Of a stretch of 64,000 bases of DNA, positions 39,371-48,369 are shown piece by piece; position 1 is the stretch's first letter; each line of letters begins with the position of its first letter. This DNA comes from Gemmatimonadota bacterium (GTDB lineage Bacteria; Gemmatimonadota; Gemmatimonadetes; Gemmatimonadales; GWC2-71-9). The position numbers and the translations under genes were made by a program. The stretch is from positions 32,001 to 96,000 of the forward strand of contig JBDHKN010000006.1 in assembly GCA_039586365.1 (NCBI GenBank), read 5' to 3'. Under the pieces are notes generated by a model. The model ran no database searches, was not told the origin of the DNA, and was given only the letters and a program-made list of their open reading frames with translations.

Positions 39371-39913
39371 TCAGTCCTCCGTTCGGGACCGCCTCTTGCG
39401 GTCCATGAGTTCTCTGATAGCACCGCTAGTATCAGCGGAATCGGTCTGGTCGTGCACGAGACTCTTGATCTCTTCGGTGCACAATGAGCCGAACCGGTAA
39501 ACCACGCACCTGCGGCACTCGTTCCCCTGAGGAGCGCAGTTGAGTCCCTTGATCATCCAGCATGGTCGGGTGGTCTCCTTGTACGCGGGACAGCTCTCGC
39601 GAGTCTCAGCCTTGCAGGGCAGCAAGTCCCAACACGGGAGCAGCGCTTGCATCCTGCGGATCGCTTCGACATTGAGACCGGAGTTCTGGATCAGGTGGTG
39701 GACGTTATTCACTCGGCTGATGTCTTCGTGCGAGAAGAGACGATGCTTGGAGGCGGTCCGGTGGGCGATTATGAGACCTTCATTCTCGTACTTTCGGACA
39801 GCAGAGACGGAGAGGCCCACCTTCTGCGCCAAGACCCCGATTGAGATTACGGGGTCCTCGATCTGTGGTGGATCTATTTCGCTAGGCGTTTGCCCGTCGT
39901 AGTCGTATCCCAT
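39371..39913 (-). CDS. MerR-family regulator with a Cys-rich (CW...CW) C-terminal domain
   Basis: SIGVLAQKVGLSVSAVRKYENEGLI...HRLFS HTH; PCW...C...CPAY...PCW...C...CRRC.VY. Confidence 0.85.
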   Translation of the reverse strand: MGYDYDGQTPSEIDPPQIEDPVISIGVLAQKVGLSVSAVRKYENEGLIIAHRTASKHRLFSHEDISRVNNVHHLIQNSGLNVEAIRRMQALLPCWDLLPCKAETRESCPAYKETTRPCWMIKGLNCAPQGNECRRCVVYRFGSLCTEEIKSLVHDQTDSADTSGAIRELMDRKRRSRTED

Positions 39914-39946
39914 CAGGCAGACCGCTCCATAGAAGGAAATCTATTA

Positions 39947-39975
39947 TCTACAGTGCAGGAAATCTGTACGGTAGA
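39947..39975. promoter_or_regulatory. Imperfect dyad upstream of the MerR gene (candidate operator)
   Basis: TCTACAGTGCAG-GAAAT-CTGTACGGTAGA, 10 of 12 positions symmetric, in an AT-rich patch. Confidence 0.4.
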
Positions 39976-40217
39976 ATTAAGTTTTCTTTAGGCCGCGTAC
40001 TGACTGGTGGGTGTAGGGGCAGCGGGACTCGTTGATCGAACGATCGTTCGCCATCAACGGTCGGCTCAATCGTCTCGGCGAAGTGACTCGTTACGACTCG
40101 TGACGGCGCAGTCTCTCGTCCATATAGCGCTGCACGGGACTGTAGTCGAGATATCCTGTGGTCAAGATCATAAAAGAAATTGTTGACGTGCTAGCCTGCT
40201 GCACCTCAAAAGACCAA

Positions 40218-40247
40218 TCGGTCTTCGCCTGGCGTGGCGAAGACCGA
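40218..40247 (-). terminator. Probable intrinsic terminator after the kinase/receiver operon
   Basis: 12-bp perfect stem TCGGTCTTCGCC / GGCGAAGACCGA followed on the minus strand by TTGGTCTTTT. Confidence 0.6.
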
Positions 40248-40288
40248 CTCACTCACTCTGTTGAGCAGCAGAGGACCCCCGAGCTGGC

Positions 40289-40672
40289 CTAGGCGAGCAA
40301 CTCAGTGACCATGTCGACCAATTTCTGATGGTCCACGGGCTTGCTGATGTAGCCCTCAGGCGGAGGTACCTGACGTCGGGAAGAGATGAACTTCTCGAAC
40401 TCGTCCGAGATGCCGGTGATGATAATGACGGGGATGCTCTTCAGATGATCGTCCTGTTTCAGCCTGCGGTAGACTGCAACCCCCGACTTCTCAGGCATGG
40501 TGATATCCAATGCGACCAAGTCCGGTGCTGCCTGTTCGATCATAGCAATCGCTTCAGCCCCATCGTTGGCCGTGGCAGTGACAAACCCGTGGTCTTGCAG
40601 GACGGTGGTTAGGAATTCGCGTGCATCGGGATCATCATCTACTACCAAGACGGTCTTCGCGTCGTCAGGCAT
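40289..40672 (-). CDS. Single-domain response regulator (receiver)
   Basis: VLVVDDD, PDLVALDITMP, IITG and ISKPV. Confidence 0.9.
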   Translation of the reverse strand: MPDDAKTVLVVDDDPDAREFLTTVLQDHGFVTATANDGAEAIAMIEQAAPDLVALDITMPEKSGVAVYRRLKQDDHLKSIPVIIITGISDEFEKFISSRRQVPPPEGYISKPVDHQKLVDMVTELLA

Positions 40673-42119
40673 GTGGCCCATCCTTTTCGGTCAGATCAGA
40701 ACTGTCCGGCTCATGCTGCGTCGGTCGCACCCTAGGTAGTTTTACGACAAACTTCGTCCCGACGCCAGGTTGGGACTCCAATTCGATGGTTCCTCCATGG
40801 GCCTGCGCGATGCGGTCGGAGATGAACAACCCCAGCCCGGTGCCCGTTCCCTTCGAGGAGAAGAACAGAGTGAAAGCCCGCTCCTGCGTCTCTTGATCCA
40901 TCCCGATCCCATTGTCCTCGATCTCGTACCTGATGTGGTCCGCTAATCCTTGTAGCCTCACCACTACCTGAGGGGTCGCCTGCTTATCGTCCAACCTGCA
41001 TGCATCCAGCGAGTTCTCGATCAGATTCACCAGCAGGGAACGAACGGCTTGGGCGTCCGCCTCGAACTCGCCGGCTGATTGATCGACCGACGTGATCAGC
41101 TGTACCTGGAGATCCTTGGCTCGAGATTCCATCAGACCGCAGACCTCTTCTGCAACCAGCGGAGCTGAAAGTGGTTCCCAATTGGGCACTCTATCCTTCG
41201 CGTAGTAAAGGATGTCTGACACCATGCTGCGGATCCTGGCCACGTTCCGATTGACCGTCGCCCAACCCTTCTTCACTCGTTCTTCGTTGCCCTTCGTAAA
41301 ACCGGAGTCGACCAAATACATGCCACCGGCCAATCCGTTGAGGAGACCCTTGAGACCGTGAGATACTGAGCCGATCAACAACCCAAGCTGAGTCAAGCGG
41401 TCCTCCAACTCCCGAACATCGGTTATGTCGGCGCTCATCTCCATCACACCTGTCGTGCCACCCTCTCCGTCGGGAATCGGTGCAGTCGTAACGAGCACGT
41501 TCCTGTGCTTACCGTCCAGCGACGTGACCACCTCCTCCCTGGTGTGGGGTTGGCCGTCATCGAGAGTTTCCTGGACGGGGCACAGTGCACACGGTTCGCT
41601 GCGATGCTTGTACGCCTGGTAACATTTGCGGCCAAGACCGTTGCCGAAGTTCTCCTGGAAGGCGCGATTGGCATCGACGATGTTCAGGTCAGGATCCTGA
41701 ATCGTGATGTAGCAGGGCACTTCGTCAAACAGCGTGTGATAACGGCGTTGGCTCCGGCGCAGCAACTTCTCCATGTTCGTGTGGTGGGTGATGTCGGTAG
41801 ACATCTCCATCACCGTGGTGATCTTGCCCGCCTCGTCGCGAATGGGGGTGGTTTGTACCATGACCGAGAGTTCGTCTCCATCCAGCGTGCGGATCTGCTC
41901 TTCGCTCTCGTGCCGCTCACCGTCACGAAAGGTCCGCGCCACAGGACACACCTCACACCTCTCGGAGCGCTTCTTGTAAACCTGATAGCAATAGCGTCCT
42001 TCGAAGTCGCCGAAGTCCTTCCGGAACCGCTGGTTAGCGTCGACGATCCGGAATTCTCGATCCTGAACCGTGAGGTAACACGGCATAGCCTCGAAGTAAT
42101 GTCGATACTGAGAGTCCAT
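40665..42119 (-). CDS. Soluble PAS-PAS histidine kinase
   Basis: Two tandem PAS repeats, H-box SVSHGLKG, NLIENSLDA, DNGIGM and GTGLGL; no TM segment. Confidence 0.92.
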   Translation of the reverse strand: MDSQYRHYFEAMPCYLTVQDREFRIVDANQRFRKDFGDFEGRYCYQVYKKRSERCEVCPVARTFRDGERHESEEQIRTLDGDELSVMVQTTPIRDEAGKITTVMEMSTDITHHTNMEKLLRRSQRRYHTLFDEVPCYITIQDPDLNIVDANRAFQENFGNGLGRKCYQAYKHRSEPCALCPVQETLDDGQPHTREEVVTSLDGKHRNVLVTTAPIPDGEGGTTGVMEMSADITDVRELEDRLTQLGLLIGSVSHGLKGLLNGLAGGMYLVDSGFTKGNEERVKKGWATVNRNVARIRSMVSDILYYAKDRVPNWEPLSAPLVAEEVCGLMESRAKDLQVQLITSVDQSAGEFEADAQAVRSLLVNLIENSLDACRLDDKQATPQVVVRLQGLADHIRYEIEDNGIGMDQETQERAFTLFFSSKGTGTGLGLFISDRIAQAHGGTIELESQPGVGTKFVVKLPRVRPTQHEPDSSDLTEKDGPHA

Positions 42120-42227
42120 GGCTCACTCCCGGACACTCAGACGGTGCGAGCTCTGTGTGTCAACAGTGAGATGTCGATCCAGCCCAGCCTGCGGGCGGGC
42201 GGAACATTATTCCTACAAGCCCACTGG

Positions 42228-43994
42228 CTACACCTTCTTGCTTTCGTGGGCCAACTCGAGAACCTTCCGCACGTTGAGTAAGAGCCTCTCTTCGTCCACG
42301 GGCTTGTCCAAGTAGCCCTCGGGTCGCCTGACCGAGCGGTCGTATATGAGCCTACGTAGTTCGGGCCTGCCTGTAATGATGCAGATCTTGAGATCCTCGA
42401 GTTCGGGATCCTTCCGTAGGATCTCGAAGACCTCACCCACGTCCCGACCAGGCATATGCAGGTCGAGCGTCAATAGATCTGGTTTCTCCCGCCGCGACAG
42501 TTCCAGGGCCTCGTCGCCGCTCATGGCCCTGAACACGGTTGCGCCGTTGTCCTCTAGCACGGTGGCGAGAAACTCCACCTGATCGGGCTCGTCATCGGCA
42601 ACCACCAAGGTCCGACCCGCCAGCGGAAGTCCCTCGACTACGGCCGGCTCTGCAGCGATCGGCTCTGCAACAGGCACGGCTACCTTCTCCTCGATCACCA
42701 GCGCGTTGGCCACCAGGTTGACCAGCTGTGTCACCTCCATGCCGAGTTCGTAGTGGCGTATCACGTCGGTGAGCCCGTCCACGCAATTGTGGCAAGACGT
42801 TACGACCGCTTGAGCACCGGTGTCCTTGAGTTGGTTTGCCTTGACAATGGCTGACTTGAGCCGTTGCGGCGTGTACTCAGACATGGACATAGCACCGCCG
42901 CCACCGGTACAGCAGTAGTTCTCGGTCCGGTTCGGGTACATCTCGCGAAAGTCCTCACATACTAGCTGTAGCAGCTCACGCGGTTCCTCGAACAGGCCGC
43001 AGCTCCGAGCGTTGTTGCAGGAGTCATGAAAAGTGACCGGCTTGGTGTTGCGGCTCTTGTCCACCTTGATCCGACCCTCCTTGATGTAGCGGAGCATAGT
43101 GAGGACAGAACTCTCCATCTCGAACGGCACATCGAACTTGGCCCAATTGGGGCCCTCGCAGCGAGTGGATCGGTAGCCGTGGCCACATTCAGAGATGACG
43201 AGCCTTTTGCCGCGAAATTCCTCGACCTTCTCATACAGGCGCTGGGCAACCGACCCGCCCAAGGCGTCGTCGCCCGAAAAAAGGCCGAAGTTGGTCATGT
43301 CCCAGCCTTCACTCGGCATGGTCCAATTCTCACCCGCTGCATGGAAAATCTTGGCCGCGTCCGCGATGCTGCGCGGGTCGTATTTCACCTCGCGTGGATT
43401 GATGGAATAGACAACCTCGCAGTCCATCTGATCGATCGGTATGGCAACCGAAGGATCATCCAGTTCGTCCTGCAGCTCTTCCTCCATCCACTCGAGCGTC
43501 TCGAGATAATCTTCCTTGAGAACGCCCATCTGATTCCCGATCTCCCATTGGTCCTTGCTGACCACTGCCACACCCTCTGGCATGATCCCGACTGAGACTA
43601 GGAGGCCTCTTGCCATCCGGTTGAACGTGGCGAAATCGACACCCATGGGGCAGTTGATCGAGCAACGCCGGCAGTTGGTGCACTTGCCGAACACGATGTC
43701 CTTGAGTTCTTCCAGCTCTTCATCCGTGTAGACGCTCCCGGCCTTCACCCACCAGGGGACGACCCGGCCGGTCCAGTCGAAGTGCTTCTTGAACAGCTTA
43801 CGAATCCTGTCCGCCTTGTAGGGTGGTGCGTAGGTCGGGTCGCCGGGATTCGCCAACACGTAGTGGCAACAGTCGATGCACATTCCGCAGTGCACGCAGG
43901 CTATCATCGATCCGGCTATCTGACGGTTGAGCTTTTGGCCCATCCGCTCTATGACCTTCTCGGCCTTATGAGATCTCGTTCTTGTCTGGCTCAT
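42228..43994 (-). CDS. TmcB/HmcF/DsrK-family Fe-S/CCG protein fused to a C-terminal receiver domain
   Basis: CVHCGMCIDCCH, CTNCRRCSINCP, ECGHGYRS, HDSCN, YCCTGGG and SCHNC, then VVADDEPD...LTLDLHMP...IITG...LDKPV. Confidence 0.9.
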   Translation of the reverse strand: MSQTRTRSHKAEKVIERMGQKLNRQIAGSMIACVHCGMCIDCCHYVLANPGDPTYAPPYKADRIRKLFKKHFDWTGRVVPWWVKAGSVYTDEELEELKDIVFGKCTNCRRCSINCPMGVDFATFNRMARGLLVSVGIMPEGVAVVSKDQWEIGNQMGVLKEDYLETLEWMEEELQDELDDPSVAIPIDQMDCEVVYSINPREVKYDPRSIADAAKIFHAAGENWTMPSEGWDMTNFGLFSGDDALGGSVAQRLYEKVEEFRGKRLVISECGHGYRSTRCEGPNWAKFDVPFEMESSVLTMLRYIKEGRIKVDKSRNTKPVTFHDSCNNARSCGLFEEPRELLQLVCEDFREMYPNRTENYCCTGGGGAMSMSEYTPQRLKSAIVKANQLKDTGAQAVVTSCHNCVDGLTDVIRHYELGMEVTQLVNLVANALVIEEKVAVPVAEPIAAEPAVVEGLPLAGRTLVVADDEPDQVEFLATVLEDNGATVFRAMSGDEALELSRREKPDLLTLDLHMPGRDVGEVFEILRKDPELEDLKICIITGRPELRRLIYDRSVRRPEGYLDKPVDEERLLLNVRKVLELAHESKKV

Positions 43995-44030
43995 GGAATC
44001 TGTCTTTCACTCGCTTGGTAGTCCCTTCGG

Positions 44031-44702
44031 CTATCCGTGCTGGAGCGGATAGACACCCCGGTAGCCCATGCTCTTACCGAAGTAGTAGCGTGTGAAGGGG
44101 TAGTAGAGATAGTGAGAGATCTTGCTGAACGGAACGTACACCAGGAAAAACGCCGTCAGTATGAAGTAAGTTACCAGATGCCACTCCCCGTTTGCGGTGG
44201 AGTTGGGCACGGCCAGGACTGCGAAGAAGAACCACACCGTCAGCAATGTCAGCGAGAAGTAGTCGTCCGGGGAGCTGATGGCCCTCATGTAAGGGTTGGT
44301 CACCCTCCGGATCATCCGCACAACCCCGACCAGACAAGCGGCTCCTATCACCAATTGCAGCAGTACTGTAACCGTGGAGCTCTGCAGCAGACCCGCGCTG
44401 TACGGAATGATGAACGACAACGCGATCGCAGCCGTGACCCCGAGATGGAAGATTGCGAACTGTACATACATGAGCGGCTTGGACCTGGTGCTCTCCATCG
44501 CCCAAGGCATAGCAATGTTGGCCCATGAGTAGAGGATTCCCTTTGCCTTAGTGGTGTTCAGTCTTCCGGTTGGCGCTTGGCGCTCTGTTCCTGCCTTGAA
44601 ACGTCGCAGGAACCAGGTGATGCGCATGACATAGACCAGAGCCATGAACCCCAGGGCAACTTCCTGGAGAGTGTGCTCCGCAAAGTGTAACAGGTCGCTC
44701 AT
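44031..44702 (-). CDS. TmcC/HmcE-like (NarI-family) cytochrome b membrane subunit
   Basis: MPWAMESTR, IFHLGV, ISSPDDYFS and YVPFSKISHY. Confidence 0.82.
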   Translation of the reverse strand: MSDLLHFAEHTLQEVALGFMALVYVMRITWFLRRFKAGTERQAPTGRLNTTKAKGILYSWANIAMPWAMESTRSKPLMYVQFAIFHLGVTAAIALSFIIPYSAGLLQSSTVTVLLQLVIGAACLVGVVRMIRRVTNPYMRAISSPDDYFSLTLLTVWFFFAVLAVPNSTANGEWHLVTYFILTAFFLVYVPFSKISHYLYYPFTRYYFGKSMGYRGVYPLQHG

Positions 44703-44717
44703 CGCGTGCTCTCTCGG

Positions 44718-45260
44718 TTAATCCAAGGCCGCCAGTGCAGCCTTGAAGGAGTTGTATTGCGGCGTGTCCAAAACACAGATGACAATTTCTTTGATGCTGC
44801 ATTCGCCGGCCAGGCGGTTCTTGAACACGTCCATCATCACTCGGGCGCTGACTTCAGGCAAAATCCCGTAGTAGCCCGCTCCCATAGCCGGGAAGGCGAT
44901 CTGCTCGATGCCCTTTTCTTCGGCCCGTTTCAGGCAGTTGAGGACGGTGGTGTATAGTTTCGTCTCCGTGTCTTGTTCTTGGAACCGCGGTCCCACGGCG
45001 TGAATGATGTGCTGAGCCTTGAGATTTCCAGCGGCCGAGACCACGGCCTCACCGGTCGCTACCGGTGCCAGCTGCTCGAGTTCCTTTTGAATAGTGGGTC
45101 CACCCCTCACTGCGATAGCCCCGCCAAAACCCGAACCCAAGGTCAAATCAGGCTGGGCGTAGAAGACAAAGGCTTCGATGTCCAGGTCGGTGATGTCGTA
45201 CTTGATGAGGCGGATGGTGGTGCGGTTGATTCGGATGCCGTCTGACACTGCCTGGGTCAT
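44718..45260 (-). CDS. Macro (ADP-ribose-binding) domain protein
   Basis: DITD, GSGFGGAI, GEAVVSAAGNLKAQHIIHAVGP and AFPAMGAGYYG; AAGGAG RBS before 45260. Confidence 0.88.
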   Translation of the reverse strand: MTQAVSDGIRINRTTIRLIKYDITDLDIEAFVFYAQPDLTLGSGFGGAIAVRGGPTIQKELEQLAPVATGEAVVSAAGNLKAQHIIHAVGPRFQEQDTETKLYTTVLNCLKRAEEKGIEQIAFPAMGAGYYGILPEVSARVMMDVFKNRLAGECSIKEIVICVLDTPQYNSFKAALAALD

Positions 45261-45498
45261 TGCGACCTCTCCTTGGCGCCAGCCTAATCCCTTAGTCAAT
45301 CGTGTGGCGGTCGCTCTCCATGCGATCCCCCGTGGTGACCTGAGGGACAGCCAATCAGGAGCGAGACTGCACAGGAAAACTGCACACCTGTCATGGCTGG
45401 CAGGCTGCAGACGTGGTTCCTACACCTTGTATCATAGAGGAGTTGGCTGAAGTTATCCTGAAGAATAGGTGAATTAGTGCCAGGGCAAGAGGCACCTT

Positions 45499-45513
45499 TG
45501 GCACATTGGTTGC
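45499..45513 (+). promoter_or_regulatory. Possible sigma54 -24/-12 element
   Basis: Exact TGGCAC-N5-TTGC in the long 45261-45875 intergenic region. Confidence 0.35.
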
Positions 45514-45875
45514 CGAGGACACCAGAGGCTGCCACCTGCTCCAACTTCTCACGATTTCCCTCTGGTCAGAACGTTTCGCCATGCTCGAGGAGCCGAGCGA
45601 GGGCGACTGCCTAGCACTCTGCCTTGGCGAGGTGTGAAGGGCTGGAACGGTGACGGGACCGGTTGTGCATGGCGTCCGCTGAGGTCATGTTCCCATTGCT
45701 GTTAGACCGAGAGATCCAATGCGTCGCATGTTCCCAAAGACGGGTAGCGGTCTCGGATTACTCATCTTGAGGGTTCCGGGGTGAACCGGATGCTCACAAC
45801 CGTCGGTTACTCTCGGGCACGACCGTGCCGCAGCACCGTTTGCGGTACCCCTGTCCTTAGGCTCCCAGCAACAGA

Positions 45876-46925
45876 ATGAACCGCTCCAGAGCCACACGAA
45901 GTTCACTGGGATTGGGCGGGTTCTGGTGCATGGGGATGACCCTGGTTCTGGCAACGTCCTGTCCCCCGGACTCCAGGGTCGCTCAGCCCCTACAGCTGCA
46001 TGCTTGGGTAGTGTACTTCGATGCCGCACGCGGGTTGGTCGAACTGCGGCGCCACGGATCACTGTTCGACCGGGTCTCGTTGTTTGCCTACGAACTGGAT
46101 CCCGAGGGCATCCCGCAACCGGCACCAGACATGGAACAGATGATCGCACCGTTCCTAGGACTTGCGGCAGAGAAGGGATTCAGCCCGTGGGTGACCGTTG
46201 TCAATGACACTAGACACAGTGTTGACAGCGCCACAGCCAAGGATCCCGATCTGATACACGGATTGATCGCAGATGCTGAGCGACGCGCGACCCATGCGAA
46301 GGAACTCGCCGAGCGCGTTGCGGCCGACGGTTTCAAGGGACTTCATTTGGACTACGAACGTCTGCCTGAGACCGATGCGCAGTATTTCCAGGAGTTCGTT
46401 CGAGCCTTGCATCAGGAGCTGGAGCTCCGAGGGCTGGGGCTGGAGACTGTGGTCGAGCCAGAGCGGGGGCCTCTGCCTGAGGCCCGCAGCACGAGCGTAA
46501 CCGTCATGGCGTATGATCTGTTCGGCGCCCATTCCGGACCCGGTCCGAGGTCAACGCCAGCCTACGTTTCCCTGCTCGGCTCACGAGCGGCGGTCGACGC
46601 TGACAGCGCCGCTACATTGGCGCTCGCGGTACGTGGGTTTGCTTGGAAACCCGGTGGGGAAGTGAGCAGCTTGGATTGGGCTGTCGCTCAACAGCTTGCT
46701 GACCGGACACCTCACATGAGCCGTGGCATGCTTGACCGAGTACCGAGCGCACGGCTGGCTGATGGTACTGAGCTGTGGTTTGAGGATCCTGAGAGCCTGC
46801 TCAGCAAGTGGCAGGCTGCCTGGGGAAGCGGCTTTCGGCGACTCGCTATCTGGCGGCTAGGGGGCAACGACGAGAGGCTGTTCAACCTGCTGAGCGACGT
46901 GCGACGGGGCTCTGCCAGGCGGTAG
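45876..46925 (+). CDS. Glycoside hydrolase family 18-like protein
   Basis: GFKGLHLDYE, VMAYD, PGPRS, LWFEDPESL..K and LAIWRLG; possible lipoprotein signal (VLATSC). Confidence 0.75.
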   Translation: MNRSRATRSSLGLGGFWCMGMTLVLATSCPPDSRVAQPLQLHAWVVYFDAARGLVELRRHGSLFDRVSLFAYELDPEGIPQPAPDMEQMIAPFLGLAAEKGFSPWVTVVNDTRHSVDSATAKDPDLIHGLIADAERRATHAKELAERVAADGFKGLHLDYERLPETDAQYFQEFVRALHQELELRGLGLETVVEPERGPLPEARSTSVTVMAYDLFGAHSGPGPRSTPAYVSLLGSRAAVDADSAATLALAVRGFAWKPGGEVSSLDWAVAQQLADRTPHMSRGMLDRVPSARLADGTELWFEDPESLLSKWQAAWGSGFRRLAIWRLGGNDERLFNLLSDVRRGSARR

Positions 46926-47044
46926 TCACGTGTGAACCGAGCGCTCTGGGTGAACACCTTGGCCATACCGCTGCACCTCAGCCCGTTCGTCTCGCTGCGA
47001 TGTGAGTTCTACGCGTCAGGCTCTGGCCGTTCTCGCCGGTTAGC

Positions 47045-48223
47045 TCAGCGGTACAGCAGGTGGGGCTCAATGACTTCCTCGAAACCGGCCAGGTCGGCGT
47101 TGGCCTGCCGCATGATCTCTTGGGGTGGTACATCCGATTCCGTGGCAGCTCGCAGTGCCTTGCTACCCCAGAGAATGTCAATCGGCTGCTTTTCCTCTTC
47201 GTACTCGTACGGTGGCGGACGCCACGCGAACTCATCTGGCGCCAACCGGCGAACCGTGTGCAGGATGGCCACAGCTGCCTCGACTGGACGAAACGCCGCT
47301 CGGTCCACGATGTGCAGTTGAGCGCCACCACATAGCTGCCCCGCGTGTTTCTGAAAGGCCGGCTCGAAATGACAGGGCCGGAATTTCACTCCGGGCAGGG
47401 CATGCCGGTCCAATTGCAGAGTTAGCTCGTGCGGATCGACAAAGGGTGCGCCGAACAGCTCGAACGGGCGGGTGGTGCCACGTCCTTCGGATAGGTTGGT
47501 ACCCTCGAGCAGCACCATCCCCGGGTAGACCGTACACGAATCGAGCGTTGGGAGGTTGGGGCTCGGAGAGACGAAGGGTAGACCAGTCTCATCGAACCAG
47601 TAGCTGCGTGCCAATCCCTTGCAGGGTACGACGTCGAGCTCGCAGCCAATGCCAAATCGGTCATTCGCAAGACGGGCGGCCTCTCCCAGCGTGAGTCCAT
47701 GACGCAAGGGCAAGGGCTGGAGACCTACGAAGGACTCGAATCCCGCTCGGAGTATCGGTCCCTCGCGTGTCATCCCGTTGATCGGATTGGGACGGTCGAG
47801 TACGACGAACCTCACGCCTGCTTCCCTGCAGGCGGCCATCGCTAGCATCATCGTCCACACGAAGGTGTAGACTCGTACCCCAACGTCCTGGAGGTCGAAC
47901 ACCACCGCGTCGAGTCCGTCCAACATCTCGGGTGTCGGTTTGCGCACCGCACCGTACAGTGAGTGTACTGGGATGCCGAGCCGCGGGTCGGCGAACGAAG
48001 CGCTGGCGACCATGTTGTCCTGCTTCTCGCCCTTGATACCGTGTTGCGGACCGAAGAGGGCGTGGATGTTGAAGCCACTCTCCCGTAACGCATCGACAGT
48101 TGCAGTCAAGTCAGGGCTGACGGATGCTGGGTGCGCTATCAGGCCAAGCTTGGCATTGTGTAGGTCCGGCCGTGCGCCCGAAAGCAATTCTGATAGGCCG
48201 GTGCGGACATTCGGTGAGATCAT
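47045..48223 (-). CDS. namZ: Exo-beta-N-acetylmuramidase NamZ (DUF1343/YbbC family)
   Basis: LFGPQHG, VFDLQDVGVRVYTF, VLDRPNPING, PSPNLPT and EGTNLSEGRGTTRPFE. Confidence 0.9.
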   Translation of the reverse strand: MISPNVRTGLSELLSGARPDLHNAKLGLIAHPASVSPDLTATVDALRESGFNIHALFGPQHGIKGEKQDNMVASASFADPRLGIPVHSLYGAVRKPTPEMLDGLDAVVFDLQDVGVRVYTFVWTMMLAMAACREAGVRFVVLDRPNPINGMTREGPILRAGFESFVGLQPLPLRHGLTLGEAARLANDRFGIGCELDVVPCKGLARSYWFDETGLPFVSPSPNLPTLDSCTVYPGMVLLEGTNLSEGRGTTRPFELFGAPFVDPHELTLQLDRHALPGVKFRPCHFEPAFQKHAGQLCGGAQLHIVDRAAFRPVEAAVAILHTVRRLAPDEFAWRPPPYEYEEEKQPIDILWGSKALRAATESDVPPQEIMRQANADLAGFEEVIEPHLLYR

Positions 48224-48369
48224 GAACGGTCAAGCATTCGTCAGAGATTGCCAGCGTGGCAATTCCGTTTGTTTTCTATCGACCCGGTGCACAGGCTTCG
48301 TTCAGTGACGAACCTGCTGCTCGGTGTGTGGGTGAGGTACGAACAGCCTATGATTGGCACCACGTGGTC

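Noticed and set aside
45680..45800. Fragments resembling c-di-GMP-I (GACGCA...GGTCTAA) or ykkC (GGGTTCCG) riboswitches
   Set aside because: The other conserved elements and pairing could not be found by eye; an Rfam scan would be needed
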